Positions 54,101-61,710 of a DNA stretch of 64,000 nucleotides are shown here, piece by piece. Position 1 is the stretch's first letter. Each line of letters begins with the position of its first letter. Source of the DNA: Dehalococcoidia bacterium (GTDB lineage Bacteria; Chloroflexota; Dehalococcoidia; Lucifugimonadales; UBA3495). Both the position numbers and the translations under genes were made by a program. The DNA is taken from contig CBDBMH010000001.1 in the NCBI GenBank assembly GCA_965207275.1, forward strand, positions 553,244 through 617,243. The letters run 5' to 3'. The notes beneath the pieces were generated by a model. The model saw only the letters and a list, made by a program, of their open reading frames with translations, made no database searches and had not been told where the DNA came from.

Positions 54101-54330
54101 CAGAACATAGAGCTTTCTCAGAGTCCTCCTCTATCTTTCCAGAGGTCGCTGAACGGGACCTTGCCAGACAAATTGCAGAGTCCAGGGGTGTGGCACTAGA
54201 GCGGAGGTTCCCCCTCGGGTACCAAGACACACAAGGGTTGATCGTCTTTCACCAAAGTTGTCCAAATAACACGTTGCCAATCTTTTGGTCTCGGAATGGG
54301 GATTGGAATCCATTGTTTCCGCGCATCTAA
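51148..54330 (+). CDS. Multidomain P-loop (STAND/ORC-like) NTPase with a beta-sandwich module and a C-terminal phosphoribosyltransferase domain, island gene 8 (1060 aa)
   Basis: Walker A GQKRVGKTSLANA and Walker B RILFILDEFDEL, preceded by LIGRKAELTRL. CARDB-like stretch KVDNHGTGPARDLRL...LGTLQPGDSLVFDI. PRPP-binding loop RLVLIDDFSGTGATLAGG. GAGGAGG SD. Confidence 0.75.
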   Translation: MAGTETLKDLSRVQSSVDRLVNASEDQLPSAFEELSRSILEHYGVTYDSTATSKLFSRDLPLPVQSFAATWLVRCLTRSSSALRFGHTERLAADLFDQIFQHNVYQRANIDHRQQTFEKLRALEGHLHSILIDAEGLVSVSPNLGQLNSFLQRLLAFLNHRGNQPFLTHLLPAPLLHQSRIANLFQVVADYADNLDGDPIHKRDAAVEACEEFEREAQEFGTIDAERILGALARQLKSAVESHFESSESGKSPTLAFGPISKKYPLERVSETVSFRIKVDNHGTGPARDLRLDGVAVDECLLIQASSIGLGTLQPGDSLVFDIVASVVAPSSGATMVAEFSWSSPGGRVGETHTFEVPAQRGDVNWVSVELTEPYSLEPVATEDDLIGRKAELTRLLRLANSRTVGSGFIFGQKRVGKTSLANAVEESLESSSDIKWVVINKGSGDYVGDDAHSSLRTMGEVLAEAIIDRVPHLNDTPIPDFTSGLSPLSRLVDQALVQGDLRILFILDEFDELPPELFRRTDLATALFQPLRQISNKRGCGFLLVGGESMQQIVNSQGDRLNKFTPIELDYFTRSNNWNDFVELIRRPVQDWLTISDGALEELFTSSAGNPYFAKLLARQLFADMVDNRYSDASEVDMGTAIDHTLSTIGANSFAHFWTDGLAQSPNNAEEIRITRRSVLIAAGRAFRKNPFVNYEGIWEEFKHAAGLPVEEQRFRITLQDFLRRKIFVEDEAGGVSPKIPLFRSWLMDKGVRDLLEDSQELDYLRSRLQEEEEVRVTDGEILCLSERLENFRYRGRAIETTAIRRWLGQFDGPREQRLMFRLASAVRCYDEDAVRTKMREAFGIVMRNMRTVIEPRARVRNDILVSPLDDSPAKSGSTYCRLFVSENRLSTNSVHTLESLERRFPTNNEVQRLVLIDDFSGTGATLAGGLKRHSDLLRRLNSEGVRIIVIALVGFSEAREHIEHFVEQAGIEADVYFCDELGPEHRAFSESSSIFPEVAERDLARQIAESRGVALERRFPLGYQDTQGLIVFHQSCPNNTLPIFWSRNGDWNPLFPRI

Positions 54331-54660
54331 TAGAGGTTTGTGGAAATCCATCGGTAGCGCGAAGCGCCGTTGCATACACGCATTCAAAAGTCCTACTGCT
54401 GCTCAATCCGTCAATCGGGAGTTTCTAGTACAACCGTCTTCCAGTTTGGTATTATAGGGTCACTAGCATCTCGAAGATGGTACTGTCTACCGTCAAGTCC
54501 GGCCCACCAAGCTGGATAAAATCAAGAACTTTCCACATCAGGTTCGCCCTGGACTTGTAGGCGCCCTTGGCCGCGCCCACTGTGAGGCCGCGTTTGGCCC
54601 TGCTGGTGGCAAAGGCGGCGAGGCGGTTGCAAACGGCCAATCACTGCACGGCAACCAAGC

Positions 54661-54693
54661 GAGACCGCCCCGGTAATCCGCCGGGGCGGTCTC
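54661..54693. terminator. Perfect 13-bp-stem hairpin (GAGACCGCCCCGG/CCGGGGCGGTCTC)
   Basis: Seen directly in the sequence. Lies downstream of the minus-strand gene ending at 54872. No clear U-tract. Confidence 0.4.
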
Positions 54694-54871
54694 CTGCCGG
54701 TCATGCCGGCAAAGAAGGACATTGCCGTTCCCCTGGCCGCGCCGCGCCGGGGGTCGCCGGGCCGCCACGTCCCCAGGTTGCCTTCCCTGCCGCGTGGCAG
54801 GGCAATGACCGCCGGCGAATTCGCCGCGTCCCGCAAGCCGGCTCACCGGCAGGTTCGGGGCGCTTCCCCGC

Positions 54872-55408
54872 TCATCCGGAGCGGCGCATCCTGGCCCACA
54901 GCCGGAGCGTTCCGCCAGCGCATACCGCCGCCAGGGTCGCCGCGATCAGTACCGTCTTGACCAGGGTGAGCGCCGCCGCCAGCCAGGCCAGCGGAGACGG
55001 CGCCCCGTCGTGGCTCAGGGCCAGCGCCGCCACCGTGACGTTCTCCAGCATATCCGCCGCGGCCAGGGCCAGCGGCAGCAGGTGCAGCGGCGCTCCGCCG
55101 CGAAAGAGCCGGAACAGGATGATAGCGAAAAGCAGGCCGTAGCAGGCCGGAAACGCCATGTCGACGGTCAACGCGGTGATGGCGTAGACGGCCCGAGCGC
55201 CGGCGTCGAGGCCGTCCAGGGCGTCGAACAGGGCCGCCGCCTCCCCGGGCGTGTACCAGCCCCGGCCGTCGAGCAGGTCCAGCCCGCCCAGTCGTACCTG
55301 GCGCCAGGCCAGGCCCGCCACGCAGCCGGCGACGCCCGCCAATGTCGCCGCCGCTACGGGCCAGTTGGCGCACCGCTCCACCGTCCCGCCCACCGACAAT
55401 GCCATCAT
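54872..55408 (-). CDS. Small polytopic membrane protein (178 aa)
   Basis: AGGAGGAG SD before ATGATG at 55408. Has 4-5 hydrophobic helices. The longer ORF reaching 55609 is judged an extension. Confidence 0.55.
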   Translation of the reverse strand: MMALSVGGTVERCANWPVAAATLAGVAGCVAGLAWRQVRLGGLDLLDGRGWYTPGEAAALFDALDGLDAGARAVYAITALTVDMAFPACYGLLFAIILFRLFRGGAPLHLLPLALAAADMLENVTVAALALSHDGAPSPLAWLAAALTLVKTVLIAATLAAVCAGGTLRLWARMRRSG

Positions 55409-55595
55409 CTCCTCCTGACCGGCCGGGCGCGCCGCCGTTTCCAGGGAGCTTCGCATTCCACCGCCGTCCTCCGGCGCCCTACCCGGAGCCACCTGGCCGA
55501 GACCAACCCGGCGGCGGACCTTGCGCACTAGTCTATCACGTCCGCGCGCCCACCGGCCGCAAGTCCTCGCCGGGCCGGAGGCGCGGGCAAGGGGA

Positions 55596-55622
55596 GGGGC
55601 CGGCAGCATCGCCGCCGGCCCC
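55596..55622 (-). terminator. GC-rich hairpin downstream of giant gene 55658..61396
   Basis: GGGGCCGGC/GCCGGCCCC stem. A near-identical hairpin follows the paralogous gene at 61644-61672. Confidence 0.5.
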
Positions 55623-55657
55623 CTTGCCTCGTGCTGGCTGTCCGGCCAGGCCCCGGG

Positions 55658-58600
55658 CTAGTCGTCGTCCACGATGGTCATGGTTCCCACCGCGTCGGGC
55701 GGGTGGTAGTTCCCGGGCAGGAACGCCTCCACCGCGAAGTACTCGTCCGGCTCGTCGTCCTCGTCCTGCTCCAGCCACACCTCCGCCGTCAGCACCGTCA
55801 CTCCCGGCTTGAACACCAGTTCTCCCTCCGCCGGCTGGTAGTCGGACCGGTGCGCCCGGTCGTCCAGCAGGTGGTAGGCCGGCGCGGTGTACCACCGCAC
55901 CCGGATCTCCTCGGTGGGCGCCGCCGACAGCGCCACCCGGAACTCCAGCACGTCGCCCTCCACCGCCGAGGCGTCCGCCACGGTCACGCTGATCTCCACC
56001 TCCGGGGCCGCGTCGTCGTTGTCGGCCACGGCCACCGTGGCCGCGCCCTGGGTCGAGGACACCGTGTAGTCGCTGCCCGCGTTCACCGTCGCCGTCACCG
56101 ACCCGTCGGTCTCGTCCGCGCTATCGTCCGTGGTGCCAACGGTCAGGGTGACGCTGCCCGTGGTGGGGACGGTCACCGTGCGCTGTCCCGTGGCCGCGCC
56201 GTAGTCGCCGGTCTGGGTGACCGTGACCTTCACGTCCAAGTTGGACGCCGGCGCCGGGCTGGCGCTGACGGTGAAGCTCGCGCTCCCGCCCTCGGTGATC
56301 CCGCCGCCCCCGCTGACGCTCACCACCGGGGTGGGGGCGTCGTCGTCGTCGGACACGGCCACCGTGGCCGCGCCCTGGGACGAGGACACCGTGTAGCCGC
56401 TGCCGGCGTTCACCGTGGCCGTGACCGAGCCGTCGGCCTCGTCGGCGTCGTCGTCGGTGGTGCCCACGGTGAGGGTGACGCTGCCCGAAGTGGGGACGGT
56501 CACCGTGCGCTTGCCGGTGGTGGCGCCGTAGTCGCCGCTCTGGGACACCGTGACGCTGACGTCCAGGTTGGACGCCGGGGCCGGGCTGGCGGTCACCGTG
56601 AAGACGGCGTCGCCGCCCTCGGTGATCCCGCTGCCGCCGCTGCCGCTCACCACCGGCGTGGGGGCGTCGTCGTTGTCGGCCACGCCGACCGTGGCCGCGC
56701 CCTGGGACGAGGACACCGTGTAGCCGCCGCCGGCGTTCACCGTGGCCGTCACCGACCCGTCGGCCTCGTCGGCGCTGTCGTCGGTGGTGCCGACGGTGAT
56801 GGTGACGCTGCCCGAAGTGGGGATCGTCACCGTGCGCTTCCCCGTGGCCGCCCCGTAGTCGCCGCTCTGGGACACCGTCGCGCTCACGTCCAGGTTGGAC
56901 GCCGGGGCCGGGCTGGCCGTCACCGTGAAGACGGCGTCCCCGCCCTCGGTCACCCCGCTGCCCGCGCTGACGCTCACCACCGGCGTGGGGGCGGCGTCGT
57001 CGTCGGACACGGCCACCGTGGCCGCGCCCTGGGTCGAGGACACGGTGTAGCCGCTGCCCGCGTTCACCGTGGCCGTCACCGACCCGTCGGTCTCGTCGGC
57101 GCTGTCGTCCGTGGTGCCGACGGTGAGGGTGACGCTGCCCGTGGTGGGGATGGTCACCGTCCGCTGGCCCGTGGCCGCGCCGTAGTCGCCGCTCTGGGAG
57201 ACCGTGACGCTGACGTCCAGGTTGGCCGAAGGCGCCGGGCTGGCGGTCACCGTGAAGACGGCGTCGCCGCCCTCGGTCACCCCGCTGCCGCCGCTGACGC
57301 TCACCTCAGGCGTGGGCGGCGGCGGAGGCGTCTGTGCCGCCTCCGCTTCCAGGGCGGTCAGCTCGACGACCACCAGGTCCCACACCGGGCTGCTGTGATT
57401 GTCGGCCATGTCCTGCGCCTCGGCCGCCGTCATCGGGCCGCCGGTGACGCCGGTGCCGTCGTGCTTGCCGAAGGCCAGCAGCACCCGGTTCCAGCGGTTA
57501 ACGTGGGCCGTCCCGTGCTGCGTCTGCGACGCCAGCTCCCTGACCTTCGCGATCACGTCCGGGTCCACCGTGTAGCCCGTCTGCTCCTCGACGACCGGGT
57601 CGTCGTTGTCTGCGACGCCGACCGTCTCCGACGACGGCGCCCCCACCGTGTAGCCGCTGCCCGCGTTGACGGTCAGCGTGACCGAGCCGTCGGCCTCGTC
57701 CACCTCGTCGTCCGTGGTGGCGATGGTCACCGTGGCGCTGCCCGACGTTGGGATGGTGACGCTGGCGGGCAGCGTCCCGTACCCGAAGTCCCCGGTCGTG
57801 GCGACCGTGACGCTCACCGCCAGGTCCGCCGCCGGGGCCGGGCTGGCCGTCACCGTGAAGACGGCGTCCCCGCCCTCGGTCACCCCGCTGCCCGCGGTGA
57901 CGCTCACCTCCGGCGTGGGGGCGGCGTCGTCGTCCAGCAGCGGCAACGTGACGCGGGAAGGGTCGCCCAGCGTGTAGCCCTCGCCGACCACAATTTGCGC
58001 CACCAGCGTGCCGTCGGACAGCGCGTCGTCGTCGGAGTAGGCGATGATGGTCTGCGATGCGGACGACTCGAAGGCCTTGATGACCAGCGTGAGGAACTGT
58101 TCACGCGCGACGCGGTCCGCACCCTCGCCCATCTCCTCGATAACGCTCACGATGACCGGCGTGTCGACCGGCGGGACCGGGCTGGCGCTGACCGTGAAGG
58201 TCACGTCGCCGCCCTCGGCCGCCGACAGCGCGTTGCTGGAGAGCGTCATCGTGGAGCCGTCGTTGAGCGTCCCCAGCGCCGAGAACGCGCGGCGGATCTC
58301 CGGCGGCGCAGTGGACGGCGGCGTGAACTGGTTGCAGTCCACCTTGACGCTGAACTTGTTCGACGGCCAGCCGGACGGCGACTGCAACTGCACGCAGAAC
58401 GTCACGGCCTCCCCCGGCACCTCGTCGTTGCGCAGGGTCACCGGCGTGATCGTGATCCGGTAGACCGGGTCGCCGGGGTTCGAGCGGTCGCGGTACGTGG
58501 TCTTCAGGCCGGTGTTGACGATGCCCGCCCTGTACGGCTCCTGGTTGACCACGCCGTCGTGCCCGATGACCCGGTCAACACGCCGCGAGTAGATGTACGT

Positions 58601-61396
58601 GGGCGGCGTATCCGTCAGGCTGTTGTCGGCCTCGACCTTGACGCGCCACTCCGAGAAGTGCTCCTCGGCGTCGTAGAGGTCGTTGCGCGGTTTACCGGGG
58701 CTGACCAGCGGCGGGCCGGTCGGCAGGTCCCACCACCAGTGGATGTTGAAGTAGTACTCGCACTCGCCGCCCGTCGTGTAGCTGTCGCACCTGTAGCCGA
58801 CGGCGTCGCCCGCGTTCGCCAGCAGCGTGCCCGTGTAGGCCGTGTCGACCGTCAGGTCGGCGGGCTGCGGCGACTTGGTGTCCACCACCTTGACCCGCAC
58901 GTCGTGCCAGGTGGAGAGGTTCCAGTCGATCCCGCGGCCGAGCCGGTCGCGGCCGGCGAACTTGTCGCCGGGCAACTCCAGCTCGTGCTGGATGATGTAC
59001 GCGTTGTGATCCTCATGGTCGGCGCAGTGGACGTTGACGCTGATCGTATGCCACTGATCCCAGTTGCTGGAGTCGAAGTCCAGCGAGATGTAGGTGTTGA
59101 CGGGCGGCCCGCCGGAGACCGCGTAGGTCGTGTCCTCGCCGGGCGGCCGCACGGTGATGCCGTTGCGGTAGAAGTTGGAGGCCCATATCTCCCGTTTCCA
59201 GATCTCGTTCCAGTGGTCGCTGTCGACCGGCCCCGTGGCGAGGCTGCCCTGCCGGTAGACGACGTACTTGGGGTTGTAGACATAGAGCTCGGCCAGGCCG
59301 ACGGGGTCGGCGTAGAGACGCACCCGGTAGGTGACCAGGTCCGTGGGGTGGGTGACGCCGCCCAGCTCGGAGACGTCGTTGGGCGCGGTATTACAGGCGG
59401 AGGGCTCGTCCACCACGATCATCCGCTGCCGTCCCTGCCAGCGGAGTAGTCCCCGCTGCAGCGGTTCCTCCACATCGGCCTGCACGATCTCCAGGCGCGG
59501 CCGCTTGTCGATGCGGAAGACCGGCGAGATGCCCAGGATTGAGTGGCTCTCAACCCTCGTGGTGGAAGCGCCCACCCAGGGGTTCCGGGCTTCTCCTTCT
59601 TCGAAGGACTGGCCGCGGACGACGTGTCCGCTGCTGCCCATGCTGCTCAACGCATGTTTCGTCCCGTCCGGTTGGGTGCCGCTCCAGTGCCAGTCGACGC
59701 GGGTGTCGCCGTCGACGACCGAGACGCTGGCCGCCGTCCTGCGGTCATGTTCGGACCAGTTCTCCCACGAGCTGCTGAAGAACCCCGCCGTGTCCCTGGC
59801 CACGCGCGGGCCGTTGAGCCAGTAGATCGCCGTGTCGCGGCCCGGGTCGATGTGGTCTCGGGCGTTGACCGTGGGCGTCGATCCCACCACCTTGAACGCG
59901 TCGGAATAGGGAATAATCGCCGGGTGCGAGCCGCCGGTGTGGCTGCCCGCGATGGAGTCCTGGACGTGGGCGTCGTAGTCGGCAATGTTGGCGGTGGTGG
60001 CGTCGCGCCAGGTGTTGGTCAGGAACAGCAACCGGAACTCGCCGCCGATACTGCGCAGCTCCTCGGGCACCAGCGGCCAGTCGGCGGGCACGGTGTAGGT
60101 GCCGTCGCCGTTCGCCTCGGGCGCCGGAGGCGGGATCTCGTCATCGATGATCGTCACCCGCAGCCAGTCGCGTCCGCCCACCTCGTAGCCGTCGAGGCCG
60201 CCGGTGAGCTTCAGGTAGAAGTGCTCGTAGTCCTCATGGTTGGCGTCGTCCTTGATTTCGACGCCGCCGGTGGTGTCCCGGTTGACCTCGACGGTCACGT
60301 TTTCCGTGCCGGCCGATATGGGCACGTCGATGTAGTCGGTGGTCACGGTGGACCCGTAGTCGTAGTCGCTGCTCTCGGTCGCGCTCCATCGGCCCTGATG
60401 CGGCTCCTGGGTCCGGAGCCGCACCGTGATGTCCTGGTAGGGTGCTGGACGCGCGTACAGCACCGCCTCATAGGAATCGGTCGAGCCTTCCACCACCGCG
60501 AGGGTGGTCCCGCCGAAGGAGACCTGCGGCGTGTCATCGTCCTTCACGAGCACGGTGACCGGGTTGAACGCTTCCTCGATGATGTAGCTGGAGCCCGGGA
60601 GGATCTCGAACGTGATCTTGCCGTCGGCTTCGTTGGTGTCGTCGTCACTGATGGGGATGTGGATGTCCACAACATTGACGGTCGGGTTGACCGTTGTGGT
60701 CGTGGTTCGGATCTCTGAGGCGACGACGAAGTCGCCTTCCTGGGTGACTCGGTACCTGATGGTGAGCGGGTTGGGGAACGAGCCGCCGCGTATGTTGGGG
60801 ATCGCCCGCACACGGAACTCCGCGTGCGCATCTTCACCTTCGGTATAGGTGGCGGGTCCGTCAGCGCTGGAGCCGATGGCGTACAGGGAGACGAGCGCCG
60901 TATTATTGGGGTCATAGTCGCCTCCCCTGCTGTCGTTGTCCACCACGGTGATCACGGCAGACTGGTCATCCAAATCCACCCGATAATGAGGCATCAACTC
61001 GATCGTCAGCGTGACCCAGCGTTCGGCTGTGTGGACATCGTCGTCCAAGATCGGGACATCCACAAAAAACCCTGAATTGCCTGCCGTGACCGTGTACTCC
61101 TTGTCAAGACCAGCACTCGTCGTTTCATCAGCGCGCGCCTCATCAATGGCGTTGTCCGACTGAGACAAGTGATAAACCAAGGTGAGGTCGCTGGTGAGGC
61201 TGCCGCCGCCGACGTCCCTCACGAGGACAATGAAACTCGCCACAGCGCCTGGGCCCTCATCGACCGTGGTGCGCACATAGTGAAGCACCGACACAACCGG
61301 CTGATTGCTCTGCGCGTCAGCCGGTTCCGCCGGCAGCGCTAACAGGGCCGTCGCCAGCAGCGCCAGGACGAGGGGCATCGCTCCAGCGCGCCTCAT
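55658..61396 (-). CDS. Giant secreted Calx-beta-repeat protein (1912 aa)
   Basis: Signal peptide MPLVLALLATALLALPAEPADAQ. GGAGAGG SD. Non-repetitive N-terminal ~1100 aa. C-terminal array of ~109-aa units (SV..GSGVTEGGDAVFTVTASPAP..NL.VSVTV..SGDYG...TVTIPT.GS.T.TVGTTDD..DE.DGSVT.TVNAGSGYTV) and a terminal Calx-beta-like domain ending TMTIVDDD. Confidence 0.85.
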   Translation of the reverse strand: MRRAGAMPLVLALLATALLALPAEPADAQSNQPVVSVLHYVRTTVDEGPGAVASFIVLVRDVGGGSLTSDLTLVYHLSQSDNAIDEARADETTSAGLDKEYTVTAGNSGFFVDVPILDDDVHTAERWVTLTIELMPHYRVDLDDQSAVITVVDNDSRGGDYDPNNTALVSLYAIGSSADGPATYTEGEDAHAEFRVRAIPNIRGGSFPNPLTIRYRVTQEGDFVVASEIRTTTTTVNPTVNVVDIHIPISDDDTNEADGKITFEILPGSSYIIEEAFNPVTVLVKDDDTPQVSFGGTTLAVVEGSTDSYEAVLYARPAPYQDITVRLRTQEPHQGRWSATESSDYDYGSTVTTDYIDVPISAGTENVTVEVNRDTTGGVEIKDDANHEDYEHFYLKLTGGLDGYEVGGRDWLRVTIIDDEIPPPAPEANGDGTYTVPADWPLVPEELRSIGGEFRLLFLTNTWRDATTANIADYDAHVQDSIAGSHTGGSHPAIIPYSDAFKVVGSTPTVNARDHIDPGRDTAIYWLNGPRVARDTAGFFSSSWENWSEHDRRTAASVSVVDGDTRVDWHWSGTQPDGTKHALSSMGSSGHVVRGQSFEEGEARNPWVGASTTRVESHSILGISPVFRIDKRPRLEIVQADVEEPLQRGLLRWQGRQRMIVVDEPSACNTAPNDVSELGGVTHPTDLVTYRVRLYADPVGLAELYVYNPKYVVYRQGSLATGPVDSDHWNEIWKREIWASNFYRNGITVRPPGEDTTYAVSGGPPVNTYISLDFDSSNWDQWHTISVNVHCADHEDHNAYIIQHELELPGDKFAGRDRLGRGIDWNLSTWHDVRVKVVDTKSPQPADLTVDTAYTGTLLANAGDAVGYRCDSYTTGGECEYYFNIHWWWDLPTGPPLVSPGKPRNDLYDAEEHFSEWRVKVEADNSLTDTPPTYIYSRRVDRVIGHDGVVNQEPYRAGIVNTGLKTTYRDRSNPGDPVYRITITPVTLRNDEVPGEAVTFCVQLQSPSGWPSNKFSVKVDCNQFTPPSTAPPEIRRAFSALGTLNDGSTMTLSSNALSAAEGGDVTFTVSASPVPPVDTPVIVSVIEEMGEGADRVAREQFLTLVIKAFESSASQTIIAYSDDDALSDGTLVAQIVVGEGYTLGDPSRVTLPLLDDDAAPTPEVSVTAGSGVTEGGDAVFTVTASPAPAADLAVSVTVATTGDFGYGTLPASVTIPTSGSATVTIATTDDEVDEADGSVTLTVNAGSGYTVGAPSSETVGVADNDDPVVEEQTGYTVDPDVIAKVRELASQTQHGTAHVNRWNRVLLAFGKHDGTGVTGGPMTAAEAQDMADNHSSPVWDLVVVELTALEAEAAQTPPPPPTPEVSVSGGSGVTEGGDAVFTVTASPAPSANLDVSVTVSQSGDYGAATGQRTVTIPTTGSVTLTVGTTDDSADETDGSVTATVNAGSGYTVSSTQGAATVAVSDDDAAPTPVVSVSAGSGVTEGGDAVFTVTASPAPASNLDVSATVSQSGDYGAATGKRTVTIPTSGSVTITVGTTDDSADEADGSVTATVNAGGGYTVSSSQGAATVGVADNDDAPTPVVSGSGGSGITEGGDAVFTVTASPAPASNLDVSVTVSQSGDYGATTGKRTVTVPTSGSVTLTVGTTDDDADEADGSVTATVNAGSGYTVSSSQGAATVAVSDDDDAPTPVVSVSGGGGITEGGSASFTVSASPAPASNLDVKVTVTQTGDYGAATGQRTVTVPTTGSVTLTVGTTDDSADETDGSVTATVNAGSDYTVSSTQGAATVAVADNDDAAPEVEISVTVADASAVEGDVLEFRVALSAAPTEEIRVRWYTAPAYHLLDDRAHRSDYQPAEGELVFKPGVTVLTAEVWLEQDEDDEPDEYFAVEAFLPGNYHPPDAVGTMTIVDDD
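55990..57330 (-). repeat. About 4 tandem 327-bp (109-aa) coding repeats
   Basis: Periodic recurrence of CACCGTGAAGACGGCGTC...GGTCACCCCGCTGCC blocks. The matching protein units are listed under the gene. Confidence 0.75.
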
Positions 61397-61643
61397 GACG
61401 GCGCCTCTCCACGAGATCGGGGGGCGGTGAATCTCCGCAGCGCGTTGGCCATGTCGTCGAACCTCCTCTTCGCCCGACTTATGCCACGACGCCGTGCGGG
61501 CGCTGGATCACTGTATTTCAAAGCCCAAGTACGTAGCTGCCGCAAACAGCCAACCTAGATTGGCCGCCAATCTGGGCGGAGGTGTCAAGGCAATCAACCG
61601 TTCCTGTTGTTGTTCAATCGATTCCGTCCGTGGTGCAGAACAA

Positions 61644-61672
61644 GGGGGCCGGCAGCGTCGCCGCCGGCCCCC
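61644..61672 (-). terminator. GC-rich hairpin downstream of the second giant gene
   Basis: GGGGGCCGGC/GCCGGCCCCC stem, a paralogous copy of 55596-55622. Confidence 0.5.
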
Positions 61673-61710
61673 CTTGCCCTGTTCTGCGCTGGCAGTCCGG
61701 CCCGGCCGGG

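Noticed and set aside
50918-54330. Retron-type system (PRTase effectors accompany some retrons)
   Set aside because: No reverse transcriptase ORF is present in or near the island. I saw no msr/msd-like inverted repeats in the 230-bp upstream gap, only a 5-bp hairpin, CGTGT...ACACG.
54490-54520. tRNA 3'-end-like string GTCAAGTCCGGCCCACCA at the right island junction (possible att site)
   Set aside because: The T-loop is not canonical, with only a 3-bp stem. The upstream 70 nt are AT-rich and do not form acceptor, D or anticodon arms. I found no matching copy at the left junction (43176-43290).
43176-54545. Integrase, transposase or direct repeats delimiting the low-GC island
   Set aside because: None of the eight ORFs has tyrosine/serine recombinase or DDE motifs. 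By-eye comparison of the two junctions found no shared word longer than 6 nt. The boundaries given are compositional estimates only.
54452-54640. 62-aa minus-strand ORF (TTG start) at the island edge
   Set aside because: Its 5' half is GC-rich backbone and its 3' half is low-GC island DNA, so it probably spans the insertion junction. It has no SD and no recognisable motif. It may be the remnant of a disrupted gene, but I cannot support a call.
55631-59449. 1272-aa plus-strand ORF, and 61582..63714 (710 aa), opposite the giant Calx-beta genes
   Set aside because: Both are repetitive Arg/Gly/His/Val-rich mirror translations of the minus-strand repeats. The minus-strand frames have a signal peptide, an SD and coherent domain repeats.
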